NCBI GenBank assembly: GCA_963823335.1
Contig: CAWGLD010000001.1
Location: forward strand, 1,504,001-1,568,000
Direction: 5' to 3'
DNA: 64,000 nt
DNA from: an uncultured delta proteobacterium
GTDB lineage: Bacteria; Desulfobacterota; Desulfobacteria; Desulfobacterales; B30-G6
Shown here: positions 1-9,378 of the stretch, piece after piece
Position numbering within the stretch: position 1 is the stretch's first letter
Layout of the letters: the number at the start of each line of letters is the position of its first letter
Translations under genes and position numbers: made by a program
The notes under the pieces: model-generated
What the model saw: the letters and a program-made list of their open reading frames with translations, nothing else
Told to the model about the DNA's origin: nothing
Databases searched by the model: none

Positions 1-512
1 ATTTCTAATGAAAACTTGCGCCAGTTCAAAAATGCGTCAGGTATAGGATCATCACCGGTCGGTAATCCTGTATTGGCTATGATGGCACTTTGAAAACGGT
101 CAGGAGCATTCGCCAACAATCGCAATCCGATCAGCCCTCCCCAATCCTGACAAACAAGGTTAATCTTATTAATACCGACTTTTTCACGCCACTCTTGCAT
201 CCAGCTTACATGACGTTCGTATGTGTAATCAGATCTTTTGGATGGCTTATCTGATTTGCCAAAACCGACTAAATCAGGTGCAATAACCCGAAAACCCGCT
301 TTGGTTACTATCGGGATCATTTTCCGATACAAATAAGACCAAGTTGGCTCACCGTGCATCATCAACACCGGTTCAGCAGCTTTTGGTCCTTCATCAATAT
401 AATGAATCCTCAATACACCGTCTTCACTATCTGATACCTCAATGTAATTTGGCTCAAATGGATATCCAACAAGATTTGAGAACCGGTCGTCAGGGGTTCT
501 GAGAATCTGCAT
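1..512 (-). CDS. Haloalkane dehalogenase (alpha/beta hydrolase), 3' end outside the window
   Basis: Hand translation: MQILRTPDDRF...HYIDEG...MHGEPTWSYLYRKMIP...APDLVGFGKSDKP...LVCQDWGGLIG (HGEP oxyanion motif, QDWG nucleophile). GAGGAG RBS upstream. Not in the ORF track because it is partial. Confidence 0.9.
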   Translation of the reverse strand, partial: MQILRTPDDRFSNLVGYPFEPNYIEVSDSEDGVLRIHYIDEGPKAAEPVLMMHGEPTWSYLYRKMIPIVTKAGFRVIAPDLVGFGKSDKPSKRSDYTYERHVSWMQEWREKVGINKINLVCQDWGGLIGLRLLANAPDRFQSAIIANTGLPTGDDPIPDAFLNWRKFSLE

Positions 513-593
513 AATACAATCTCCTCTTATTAAACGGTTACAATCTATCAATTGCACTATATTCCATTTAAACCGGGAACAAAACTTCTTCCA

Positions 594-755
594 TCACTTC
601 AACTGATTCATGGCATCTTCCGTTTTATTTATCATGCTTTCCTTACCTCCAAAATAGTCTGGAATTTCAAAGAAAGGGATATCGATTATTCCAAAATATT
701 CAACGGCGAATAGAACTATCAATATCAATATCGCGTAACCAACATATTTTCCCAT
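594..755 (-). CDS. Small (53 aa) single-TM membrane protein
   Basis: MGKYVGYAILILIVLFAVEYFGIIDIPFFEIPDYFGGKESMINKTEDAMNQLK; hydrophobic N-terminus; GAGGGA upstream. Confidence 0.6.
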   Translation of the reverse strand: MGKYVGYAILILIVLFAVEYFGIIDIPFFEIPDYFGGKESMINKTEDAMNQLK

Positions 756-959
756 TGTCTAAATCCCTCATAATTGGTCATCAACGCATTGAACTGCACC
801 GCACAACGCCACACCAAAATACCCGCATTTTATCATATTCCTCACTCTGCACCAGACCAAAGATGGGGCAACCCGTACTATTGGCCTTCGGCAAGATATG
901 CCCAGCCGCACAGAATGGACATTTGATATGCTGCCGGTTAGAGTGTTGCATCGTATATA

Positions 960-1640
960 TTATGGTTGATAGGTTGCGGTTACTTTCTCGATGAGCTTTA
1001 AAGATGTGGTTAGGGTTGCTAATTCTGGATCTATCTGACCGTTTTCACCACTGGCATGGCCGTGTCCAATTAATTTTGCTTCGCTTTCATCCGATTTATC
1101 ACCAACCAAAATACTGCCTTGCCACACAACAGACGGCTGCCCTCGATACCAGCTATAATCGTGATGTTCGTTTTCATCAAAACTCTTATTGACCTCTACA
1201 TAGTAAAAATACCTACCATGTTTCAGTACATCTTTTGACTCCCAGTTCCAGATAAATTCACCCGCTTTAGGTGTTGCAGATGATATTGTATCAGGTAGGG
1301 GCTTATCCTTGGGAGGATAGAAATTACCGTTTCCATAGTCAATACCACGGCTATGGGCCCAAACAGGCAATGTGCTTAATCTGGAACCTCCCATTTTGTC
1401 ATCTAATGAACCACCTCGGTTTCCAAGACCCTTTTTTCCAATTTTACGTGTGATATAGACTGTCTCTACAAAGGCACCGTGTTCATCCATTATCCATATG
1501 GCAATCTGGCATTTCTTCTGGGACAGTTGAAGTTTAAATGAGAACCTCTGGGGTGTTTCCGCTCCGGAAGAAAAACCTGTAGTGGGTAGAAACAGCATTA
1601 CAACAAAAACAAATAACCGGAATAAAAAAGGACGTATCAT
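960..1640 (-). CDS. Secreted DUF2271-like protein
   Basis: Signal peptide, then QIAIWIMDEHG...VETVYIT...LPVWAH...DTISSATP motifs; AAGGAG RBS before ATG 1640. Confidence 0.65.
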   Translation of the reverse strand: MIRPFLFRLFVFVVMLFLPTTGFSSGAETPQRFSFKLQLSQKKCQIAIWIMDEHGAFVETVYITRKIGKKGLGNRGGSLDDKMGGSRLSTLPVWAHSRGIDYGNGNFYPPKDKPLPDTISSATPKAGEFIWNWESKDVLKHGRYFYYVEVNKSFDENEHHDYSWYRGQPSVVWQGSILVGDKSDESEAKLIGHGHASGENGQIDPELATLTTSLKLIEKVTATYQP

Positions 1641-1837
1641 TATATCTCCTTTTTGCAACGTCTTTAATGCATATCAAGATTCAGGTTATGCCGGACAGTG
1701 TAAGCCAGATTCTCATCAAGGTCGGTGCCGGACAACCATTCCAGATAGTTCTTTGACACCTCTGCCATCTTCAATCCCTTGCACTTGCAGGCGATGCTTT
1801 CAAAGAAGCGTTTTTTTAAAGCATCCATACAAATATT

Positions 1838-2161
1838 TCATGGCAGGTAATCTTCACGCACCGGTGAGAAAACCTCAATAATCACCGAATCCTCCAGTGC
1901 CTCTGCTGAATGCTCAATATTGCCATGCAGACACCAACAGTCCCCGGTTTCGACATCGGTAACCTCTCCGTCCACTATGAAACGTAATTTACCGAAAACC
2001 ATAAACCCAGTCTGTTCGTGAGGGTGTGAGTGATTAGGAATTATAGATCCTTTGGCTATTTTGAATTGACCCATCAGTGTCTTTTCACCGTGAACAAGAG
2101 TCGTTAAATCAACGCCTTCCAATAGTTGTCGTGATTCACCTGTATCATTTTTACGAAACAT
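1838..2161 (-). CDS. Cupin domain protein
   Basis: PNHSHPHEQTG and GDCWCLHGNIEHS cupin motifs; C-terminal EVFSPVREDY. Confidence 0.9.
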   Translation of the reverse strand: MFRKNDTGESRQLLEGVDLTTLVHGEKTLMGQFKIAKGSIIPNHSHPHEQTGFMVFGKLRFIVDGEVTDVETGDCWCLHGNIEHSAEALEDSVIIEVFSPVREDYLP

Positions 2162-2221
2162 ACTTTCTATCCTTTCGATTTATAATGATCCTTTTTCCAT
2201 TTCATAACGGCTTAGAGCAGA

Positions 2222-2286
2222 CTGCGGGTTGAAGTTCGGGCCCGTCTTGAACTTGAGCCAAAACCCTTTTTTTGAGATGGCTTCTA
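2222..2286 (+). mobile_element. Partial (right-half) copy of the TA-flanked MITE at 23229-23399
   Basis: CTGCGGGTTGAAGTT...TTTTTGAGATGGCTTCTA matches the right part and terminal IR of the full element. Confidence 0.7.
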
Positions 2287-2362
2287 GTAACCTGCTGAAC
2301 AGCCATTCTACCACGTCAAAGTTCCTTCCTGAGTTTGACGCAAAATCTTGGTTTGAAGGCGT

Positions 2363-2923
2363 TTAGAATGAAAATGAGAACGTAATTTCCGGATAAATAT
2401 CATCACATGAGCTGTAAATCGTATCATCACAGTTCAAATACGATTCGTAAACCACACCTACCCCCAAGAACCATCGTTCTTCCTGTATGAAGTAAACACC
2501 CCCACGACCGCCAATGGTATTTAAATCATCGTAGTGGTCGATAAATAAATGGTTGTAGAATACACCAGCGTATGGTCGTAATCTCGATTGTGTTGGCAGG
2601 ACATATTTTGCTTGAGGGCTTAGTTTATAAATGTCTGGGTCACCACCCAGCCAAGCTTCACCGTCAAGTCCGAGTTCAAGACCGTTTAGCACATAATACC
2701 CTGCACCAAGTCCGAAAATTATATAGTCGTTAGAAAAATTCTGTCCGGAACCTACTACGATAGACACCCGGCGACTTCCCTTTTGAAAGGGATCGGCTTG
2801 AATATCAGGCACAGATGCGGGTAAGTTTGCAATCAATAGAAAGGCAAACATAATGATTACTCTTATAGACCTGACGGAAACCACTTTCAAGATATCCCTT
2901 TTTCTTATACTGTCATGATCCAT
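2363..2923 (-). CDS. Putative outer-membrane beta-barrel protein (start uncertain)
   Basis: Alternating aromatic/Gly beta-strand pattern, C-terminal ...TFSFSF, and a signal-like hydrophobic stretch. Confidence 0.6.
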   Translation of the reverse strand: MDHDSIRKRDILKVVSVRSIRVIIMFAFLLIANLPASVPDIQADPFQKGSRRVSIVVGSGQNFSNDYIIFGLGAGYYVLNGLELGLDGEAWLGGDPDIYKLSPQAKYVLPTQSRLRPYAGVFYNHLFIDHYDDLNTIGGRGGVYFIQEERWFLGVGVVYESYLNCDDTIYSSCDDIYPEITFSFSF

Positions 2924-3041
2924 TGACCCTCTCCCTCAGCTTACCAGAACATTTAAACGTCACAACCTTCCTGGGAGTCAGCATCATATCATCGCCGGTG
3001 GCAGGGTTCCTGCCTTTCCGTTCAGCTTTTGTCAGTGTCAT
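2913..3041 (-). pseudogene. C-terminal half of an IHF/HU-family gene
   Basis: KAERKGRNPATGDDMMLTPRKVVTFKCSGKLRERVN is the IHF DNA-binding arm; the N-terminal helices are missing. Confidence 0.8.
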
Positions 3042-3590
3042 GCGTGCTCCTTGTGAAGATAACGAGCAGGGTAGGCTGAAATTAGAATGCCAAATATCGC
3101 AGATAAGGTCAACTGGAGACAAGCTGGTATTTTCCCAATTATTGATGTCCTTGTGGGGTATAGTGTGGGGAACGGCTATTTTCAGAAATAAAACAGGGAC
3201 TCAGTATCCGTTTCCAAGGTATGTTGCCAAATCACTCATTTTTTCCAAGGAAAATTGCCAATTCCATCACGAGGGGGCCTCGAAATACACTATCTTGGAG
3301 ATACAAAACATATCGAGGGCCGATGCCGGAAAATTATAGCCGTTCTGAATAAATCCTGTTATGTCATCTGTTGAAAATAATCTGCGTCTATATGGGGAAA
3401 ATGTACCATTTGATATTTGCAAAAATAGTTTTGGTAGGTTTACATCAAGGTGTTGCTTGAGGGATTCCACACTAATAGCCGAAGTCTTGAGCTTTGCAAA
3501 TGAGGAATTTCCAGATACCAAACCGGTATCACAGTTTGAAAAAACCTTGCCAACGGCCTTGATGAGTTGGCACCACCTGGCACTAAAGAC

Positions 3591-3966
3591 TTATGCCAGT
3601 AATCTTGAAAATTCCACAAAAGCTTTCCTGTTCGTTTCCAAAGCTTTTCGGTACTCCTCGCGTGAAGCGTTTACGCGAGGGTCATTCTCAGCATACTGAA
3701 TCATAAGCGGTGCTTGAATTTTGGCAACATCATCAGTTGCCGGAGCGCGACCATAAAACGGAACACCGGCATTCAGGTTTTTTCCCATTTTCACTGCAAG
3801 ATTATTGACAACACCGCCACCATAGCAAAAGCCTGTTGCTCCCAGCTTGCCATTGCACAACTCATGGGCTTTTAAGAATCGGGCACTGTTCAACATGTCC
3901 GTGAAGAGCTTATCTCCATTCAAAGACTTTTGCATGACCTTCCCATCGTCATCGTTTCCGGGGTAT
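3591..3966 (-). pseudogene. Internal fragment of a dienelactone hydrolase (YghX-like)
   Basis: YPGNDDDG...GATGFCYGGG...VPFYG...YAENDPRVN; lacks the N-terminus and the C-terminal HGF catalytic-His segment. Confidence 0.8.
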
Positions 3967-5268
3967 TTACATCGGCATCTCGAATCCTCTCTCACCATGA
4001 ATTGCCTGATCGAGCCCCCCAATTTCACTATCTTTATCTACGCGAAGTCCACCCGTTACGATACGTGTAATGGCGATGACAACAATTGTGCCGACAGCGG
4101 AATAGGCCGCTGTTCCAATAATAGAAATCAACTGAATCCAGAGCTGTTTCGCATTTCCATATAAAAGTCCTTTGGCCCCTTCCGTAACAGCAGGATTGGC
4201 AAATATACCAGTGGCCAGTGCTCCCCAGATACCACAAATACCATGGATGCCAAATGCATCCAGCGAATCATCATAACCGATTTTACTTTTTACAACGGCC
4301 ACACTGAAAAATCCAAGTATGCCCGCTATCAATCCAATGACCAATGAAGCCTGAAGATTGACAAAGCCCGCCGCTGGCGTAATGGCAACCAGCCCTGCTA
4401 CGACGCCGGATGCAATACCCAGCACAGTCGGCTTTCGATTAACGATCCATTCCGTAAACATCCATGAAAGTGCCGCTATGGATGCTGATGTGTTGGTAAC
4501 CAAAAATGCAGATCCGGCAACACCATCTGCGGCTAACTCACTACCGGCATTGAAACCGAACCAACCAAACCAGAGGAGCGCCGCACCCAGGCTCGTAAGC
4601 ACGATGCTGGAAGGGAACATGGTTTCTTTACCGTAACCAATTCGTTTTCCTACCACCAAAGACAGGACGAGACCAGCAATGCCCGCGTTGATATGAACGA
4701 CCGTTCCCCCAGCAAAATCAAGTGCTCCCATGCTGCCCATCCACCCCCCTCCCCAGGCCCAATGGGCAATGGGAGAGTAAACAACTGTCAACCACAAGAT
4801 AGTAAAAACAATCCAGGCGCTGAACTTCATCCGATCGACAATGGATCCCAGTACAAGGGCGACTGTGATACCAGCGAAGGTCATTTGAAAGAGCACAAAA
4901 ACAAACGTCGGGATAGTACCCGAAACGGAATTGACGCCGATCCCCGATAGAAAAAAGTGATTCAGGCCACCGATCATGCCGGCTTTGGAAGTTCCAAAAG
5001 CCAGGGTGTAACCCCACATCATCCAAATTACACTTGCCAGGCAGTAGGATACAAACGTCATTGCCAGCGTGTTCAACAGATTCTTGTAACGAGACATGCC
5101 ACCGTAAAACAATGCCAGCCCAGCCGGTGTCATCATCATGACGAGCGCCGTGGAAACGATTAGCCAGGCTGTGTCGCCGCTATCGATCGTGCCTTCTCCT
5201 GCCAGAGCTGAAACAGTCATGCAGAAAAACAACCCCAGTGTACCGAATATCATTCTCATCTTCATCAA
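3967..5268 (-). CDS. amtB: Ammonium transporter
   Basis: DSGDTAW, FQMTFA, DFAGGTVVH, LWFGWFGFNAGS, AGLVAITP, DDSLDAFGIHG and HGE motifs; GGAGG RBS. Confidence 0.95.
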   Translation of the reverse strand: MMKMRMIFGTLGLFFCMTVSALAGEGTIDSGDTAWLIVSTALVMMMTPAGLALFYGGMSRYKNLLNTLAMTFVSYCLASVIWMMWGYTLAFGTSKAGMIGGLNHFFLSGIGVNSVSGTIPTFVFVLFQMTFAGITVALVLGSIVDRMKFSAWIVFTILWLTVVYSPIAHWAWGGGWMGSMGALDFAGGTVVHINAGIAGLVLSLVVGKRIGYGKETMFPSSIVLTSLGAALLWFGWFGFNAGSELAADGVAGSAFLVTNTSASIAALSWMFTEWIVNRKPTVLGIASGVVAGLVAITPAAGFVNLQASLVIGLIAGILGFFSVAVVKSKIGYDDSLDAFGIHGICGIWGALATGIFANPAVTEGAKGLLYGNAKQLWIQLISIIGTAAYSAVGTIVVIAITRIVTGGLRVDKDSEIGGLDQAIHGERGFEMPM

Positions 5269-5320
5269 ACGCTACCTCCTCAAACTAAATTGGAATAGTT
5301 GCAAATTTCAACTGGAGATG

Positions 5321-5336
5321 AGCAATTCATGTGCCA
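5321..5336 (-). promoter_or_regulatory. Sigma-54 (-24/-12) promoter of amtB
   Basis: Minus strand TGGCAC-ATGAA-TTGCT is a perfect TGGCAC-N5-TTGCW match about 55 bp upstream of the start. Confidence 0.85.
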
Positions 5337-5447
5337 TGTTTTTCACAAAACCGAACGATCGCTTTATCGCATTGATTTATTTGAAATAGTTTTGAAGTGA
5401 GGGCGGAGGGGTAAGCTTTTCAGGAGACTTTACTTGGAATAATAATA

Positions 5448-5491
5448 TTACAATATTGTTATTTATAAGCTTTAATTTAACAATTATGTTA
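5448..5491. promoter_or_regulatory. Tandem palindromes, candidate enhancer (UAS) sites for a sigma-54 activator
   Basis: TTACAATATTGTTA (5448-5461) and TAACAATTATGTTA (5478-5491), 30 bp apart, about 110-155 bp upstream of the -24 box. Confidence 0.5.
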
Positions 5492-5700
5492 GTTTGTTTC
5501 ATGATTTTATTTTCAAAATTAATCAGCTTCGGGTCACAATACAGATAGATGGAACCACCTGCCATATAAAATTATTGATACCATGATCCGTGACTTTCAG
5601 ACCATGAAAACTTCACAACCACAAGATATGGGATTGGAGAATATCTGGCAAAACCGTTGATTACGCTAATAAATATTGATGTCCGTAAAGTTGTGATTAA

Positions 5701-5864
5701 TGGAGACAAATCCAGTTATCAAGTTCAACGGCAATATTACCGATACCATTCGGTCATCCCCACGGTACCATGAGAACCACTATTAATTCAAGATTCGGTC
5801 GGTTGTGATTATTTTCGCACACCGGTAATTTTTTAGGGCCTGATATCTAAATTTTCGTAGGAGA
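5701..5864. repeat. Island ~165 bp repeat, copy 1
   Basis: TGGAGA...GGAGA bounded; invariant core GTTGTGATTATTTTCGCACACCGG at 5802-5825. Confidence 0.9.
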
Positions 5865-5894
5865 TGGACGACCTGACTATTTTGGAGCACTTAT

Positions 5895-6842
5895 TCATTG
5901 ACTATCTGTGGCTTGACACTTTGCTATAGTAACACAATTTTTTCCAGCCTCCTTAGCAGCAAAGAGGCATTTATCAGCCGCTGTCATAAAATCATTTAAA
6001 TCGCCTCCATAATTAGCAACACCACAGCTTACTGTAATTCCATCTAAAGATTGTCCATCAGAACTTGTGAATTGAGTTTCAGAAATCTTTGTTACAAATA
6101 TTTTTGCTATTTCCTCTGCCTTAATAATATTACATCCGGGAACCAAAACTGCAAATTCATCTCCACCATATCGGAAAACCATATCTGATCTGCGGAGGGT
6201 GTTTTTTATTATTGCAGACACTTCTTTTAGCAGTATGTCTCCTGTTTGATGCCCATACGAATCATTGTAGTGTTTGAAGTTGTCAAAATCGATCATCATA
6301 AGAGACAGTTCTTGTTTTTCCCTGTCTGCTTTACTTGCTTCTTCGATCAATTTCAAATCAAAATAGCGTCTATTATACAAAGAGGTCAGCGAATCCACCG
6401 TTGCCATCGCTTCGAGTTTGATGTTTAACTCAAGCAATTGCTTTGTCACTTCATCAAGCTTGCCCATCTTGTCCTCAAGATCGCCATGGATTTCATTAAA
6501 TACTTCATGGATATCTGCCAACTCGTTCTGATCCTTTTTTAAAGGATGCTGTTTTCCTTTTACCCATGCTGATTTAGATCTAATCTCCTTTGATAGTTTT
6601 TCGATTGATCCTATCCAGTTATACCCCAATGCGATACTGAGTAATGAGGGTATAAGCATGGCTATCACACCATATGTAAAGACGGGATTAAGAGCATGCA
6701 GTTGGGTTTCGCCAAGCATTGGTGTCACATATCGATAGACGACAAAAACCATTATCAGAAGCGGCAGGGCTGATGATAAAAGGTAAAATACCGTAAAATT
6801 TCTCCTAAAGTTTGCTTGAAATATTGAAGATAGAAACGTCAT
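5895..6842 (-). CDS. Membrane-anchored diguanylate cyclase (GGDEF)
   Basis: Two TM helices and a coiled coil, then DSLTSLYNRR, DFDNFKHYND.YGH..GD, RxxD I-site and RYGGDEF. Confidence 0.93.
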   Translation of the reverse strand: MTFLSSIFQANFRRNFTVFYLLSSALPLLIMVFVVYRYVTPMLGETQLHALNPVFTYGVIAMLIPSLLSIALGYNWIGSIEKLSKEIRSKSAWVKGKQHPLKKDQNELADIHEVFNEIHGDLEDKMGKLDEVTKQLLELNIKLEAMATVDSLTSLYNRRYFDLKLIEEASKADREKQELSLMMIDFDNFKHYNDSYGHQTGDILLKEVSAIIKNTLRRSDMVFRYGGDEFAVLVPGCNIIKAEEIAKIFVTKISETQFTSSDGQSLDGITVSCGVANYGGDLNDFMTAADKCLFAAKEAGKNCVTIAKCQATDSQ

Positions 6843-7285
6843 TATAGCCTCCTGATAATTATGAACGGCCTGTAGCTACCGATATTTGGAACTGATAAGA
6901 ACAAGTTGAGGATCAGACCAGCTTTGATAATGATACTCAGTTTCAGATCAGGTATGAATTGGATACAAGGTACATACATGGTTTGGTGAGGTGGATCAAG
7001 TTTTGACAGTCTCCGCATTACAGATACATGGAGACAAGTGCAAGTTTAGCAGGCCCGTAAAAACCTGCGATAACATTGTATTCCACTCTCCATTTGGCTA
7101 TTCTTACCCTTGCAGATATCATTTATCTTACAATTTTGCAAAAAAGGGAAAATCGCCGAAACGATTCTCCCTCATGATAACATAAAAATGCAGGTTGCCT
7201 AAAAATGGCTACGGTGGTGATATGCTAAAAAACCTGTAAACATTGCGAACTGGGCATAAGTTGGTGGTATTGCCATTCAAAAATA

Positions 7286-7317
7286 AAAAAAGGCAGGGCC
7301 GAATGACCTTGCCTTTT
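7286..7317 (-). terminator. Probable intrinsic terminator after ORF 7348-7644
   Basis: AAAAAAGGCAGGGCC...GACCTTGCCTTTT hairpin with a U-tract on the minus strand. Confidence 0.55.
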
Positions 7318-7347
7318 CTGTGAACCCTAACTGGCAACTTATTGTTT

Positions 7348-7644
7348 TCACCCCAATACCTTTAGGGAATCTGGAACAGTCATCAATGGTTCAAGTTTCC
7401 ACGATGTTCCTTCTATTTGCGTTAATGGAAACATCGTCTTCGCTATCTCCAATAGCGCTTCGTCCTCTTTCCCCTTCTCTGTAAATATTAGGTTGTAACC
7501 CTTGTACCCACATTCATAAGAACACGAAAATGTCTGCCACTTCTTTATGCCTGCCGTGGGTGGGTTCGCTGCTAAATCTAAAATGCATTTTTTCCACTCT
7601 TCGGTTTTATCCATCGGCATTGTATAGGTCCCCATAAATATCAT
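7348..7644 (-). CDS. Hypothetical protein (98 aa)
   Basis: Clean ORF with a strong AAGGAGGT RBS. Confidence 0.75.
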   Translation of the reverse strand: MIFMGTYTMPMDKTEEWKKCILDLAANPPTAGIKKWQTFSCSYECGYKGYNLIFTEKGKEDEALLEIAKTMFPLTQIEGTSWKLEPLMTVPDSLKVLG

Positions 7645-7748
7645 ATTTTATTACCTCCTTTTCAAACGTTGGTTTCCAATAATGTTTCCAATTTAGGGCA
7701 TATTGATATCATCCTGCCCTTTCTTAACTTTTAATCCGAATAAAAATT

Positions 7749-8249
7749 CTATGGCGTTTCCATTTCACCTTCCACTTCAACATAACTTTGTTGTGGAGCT
7801 ATCATGTAACTAGTCCAATTTCCCCCTCCAGTTGCTCCTTCAAATTTTCCGGTACCGCCTGTCACTGTATACACACCTTTCCATTGACTCTTTGAAATCG
7901 GTTTTCCTTTAAATGATCTGTTTGATTTATCGCCATCTTTGTCGGTATGTACTCCATAACCCGTCAAATACATTTCTTCAGGCTTGCTTGGGTTCACATT
8001 CATGAAACCGACACTTCTATCGGCAAATTTTTCTCCGCTTATTTCATTAGCAAAGATTGAGTGTTGTTCATAAATTATAATTATATGCCCTTCAGCATCT
8101 CCAACTTCAATTTGATGCATTTTAGTCGTATAGCCCACGCCATGTGACTTAATCTCAAGTTTTTCTCCTGCTATTGCAAAGTCAAGTGCAATAAACCCAA
8201 ATACAAAAACAACCACAGTTGTGAGAATAACTAATTTTGATTTAAACAT
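7749..8249 (-). CDS. Hypothetical secreted beta-rich protein
   Basis: Signal peptide; D.DGD and GGTGKFEGATGGG motif; AAGGAGG RBS. Confidence 0.8.
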   Translation of the reverse strand: MFKSKLVILTTVVVFVFGFIALDFAIAGEKLEIKSHGVGYTTKMHQIEVGDAEGHIIIIYEQHSIFANEISGEKFADRSVGFMNVNPSKPEEMYLTGYGVHTDKDGDKSNRSFKGKPISKSQWKGVYTVTGGTGKFEGATGGGNWTSYMIAPQQSYVEVEGEMETP

Positions 8250-8635
8250 TGTTGCGCCTCCTTTCCCAAAAGCGTAAGACCGTTAGCCAACATGCGGTTA
8301 AGAATGTGATTATCTCTTGCCATCATTATGACATAAATGCCTCCACAGTATGCACGAATCCTCTGGAGGCTTCATATTGGCAACTTCAGATGTCCTATTA
8401 TCACATAGAGTATCATTTTGTTTTTGTGGTTTATTTGATGGTGAATTGTGTGGGCAGATTGAGAGTCTGGTCAGACAAGTTACAGCTGCGAAGATTCAGC
8501 TTCAAACTAGATGTGATTTAGATATAATGTTAAATACCTATATGATTTAATTGGTTGTGTCAAGAAATGAATATTTTAGACGTTTTAGAGGGTGTGTTTT
8601 GCAGGAAATCCTGCCATACTAGCACCGTTGATACA

Positions 8636-8801
8636 TGGAGAACACCTGACATTTTGAAATATCAGGCAATATTACCGATACCATATGGTCATCGCCAAGG
8701 TATCACGGTAGGGCCTATCAATGCAAGATTCCGTCTGTTGTGATTATTTTCGCACACCGGCAATATTTTTAGGGGTCTGATAGCTACAATATTGTTGGAG
8801 A
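8636..8801. repeat. Island ~165 bp repeat, copy 2
   Basis: TGGAGA...GGAGA bounded; invariant core at 8737-8760. Confidence 0.9.
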
Positions 8802-8944
8802 CATCATGCTATTTTTATCAGTTCGATATGTTTTCAGTTTTTGTCCATATTTTCCGCAATGGAAAACTTTCACACACGTTTGGGTGTGCGTTAGAGATAC
8901 CTTGAAAATGACCGTTATAGCCATAGGCATTAGTTGGATTTCCC

Positions 8945-9142
8945 TCAACTCATTTGGTACGAATCACATTGGGAACATCGGTCATTCAATTCCTGTGCCC
9001 TCTGGTCGTCTAATGCAAAGTTTGATGGATCGTTGAACAGGGACAGGATCATTTCCGGGTTTTTACTGTACAGACACTGACCTGCATTTAGATTGTCGCA
9101 TTTGGTGAACAGTAGTGTTTTATCCGATCCTTGGTTGGGCAT
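8945..9142 (-). CDS. Small Cys-containing hypothetical protein (65 aa)
   Basis: ORF with C...C...CxxC; AAAGG upstream; family not recognised. Confidence 0.45.
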   Translation of the reverse strand: MPNQGSDKTLLFTKCDNLNAGQCLYSKNPEMILSLFNDPSNFALDDQRAQELNDRCSQCDSYQMS

Positions 9143-9378
9143 GGTAAAACCTTTTTTGAAGAGGTTATAGGTAAAGCGTCAATAAGCCAATGTGAAAAAG
9201 CCCCCAAGATGGAGAAAGCACTGGCAAATGAATTATCTTCTCAGGGGCTTTTTACAGGGCCGGAGGTGCCGCTGGGTGGGCAAACCCAGAGCGCATCCCT
9301 GTAATTATTTTCTAATTCAAATTGACAAGACAATCAAGACTACTTAATAACCCATATAATACCTATACAATATGGGTG

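Noticed and set aside
775-945. Possible degenerate attC (minus strand CTCTAAC...GTTGATG) or a 56 aa CxxC ORF
   Set aside because: The ends are not complementary and there is no long stem; the ORF lacks an RBS and a recognisable family.
2200-2222. attC-like 3' end (CTGCTCTAAGCCGTTATG on the minus strand) before the cupin gene
   Set aside because: At best a half site with atypical spacing; the upstream part is MITE sequence.
3361-3699. 112 aa plus-strand ORF
   Set aside because: It has no RBS or recognisable motif and overlaps the hydrolase fragment. It may be another gene fragment, but this cannot be supported.
8510-8536. TAATGTTAAAT resembling the XerD arm of dif
   Set aside because: There is no XerC arm at the 6 bp spacing.
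9250-9305. GGGCAAACC suggestive of a c-di-GMP-I (GEMM) riboswitch
   Set aside because: It lacks the GNRA-capped P2 stem and the GACGCAAAGC segment; it is kept only as a generic structure.
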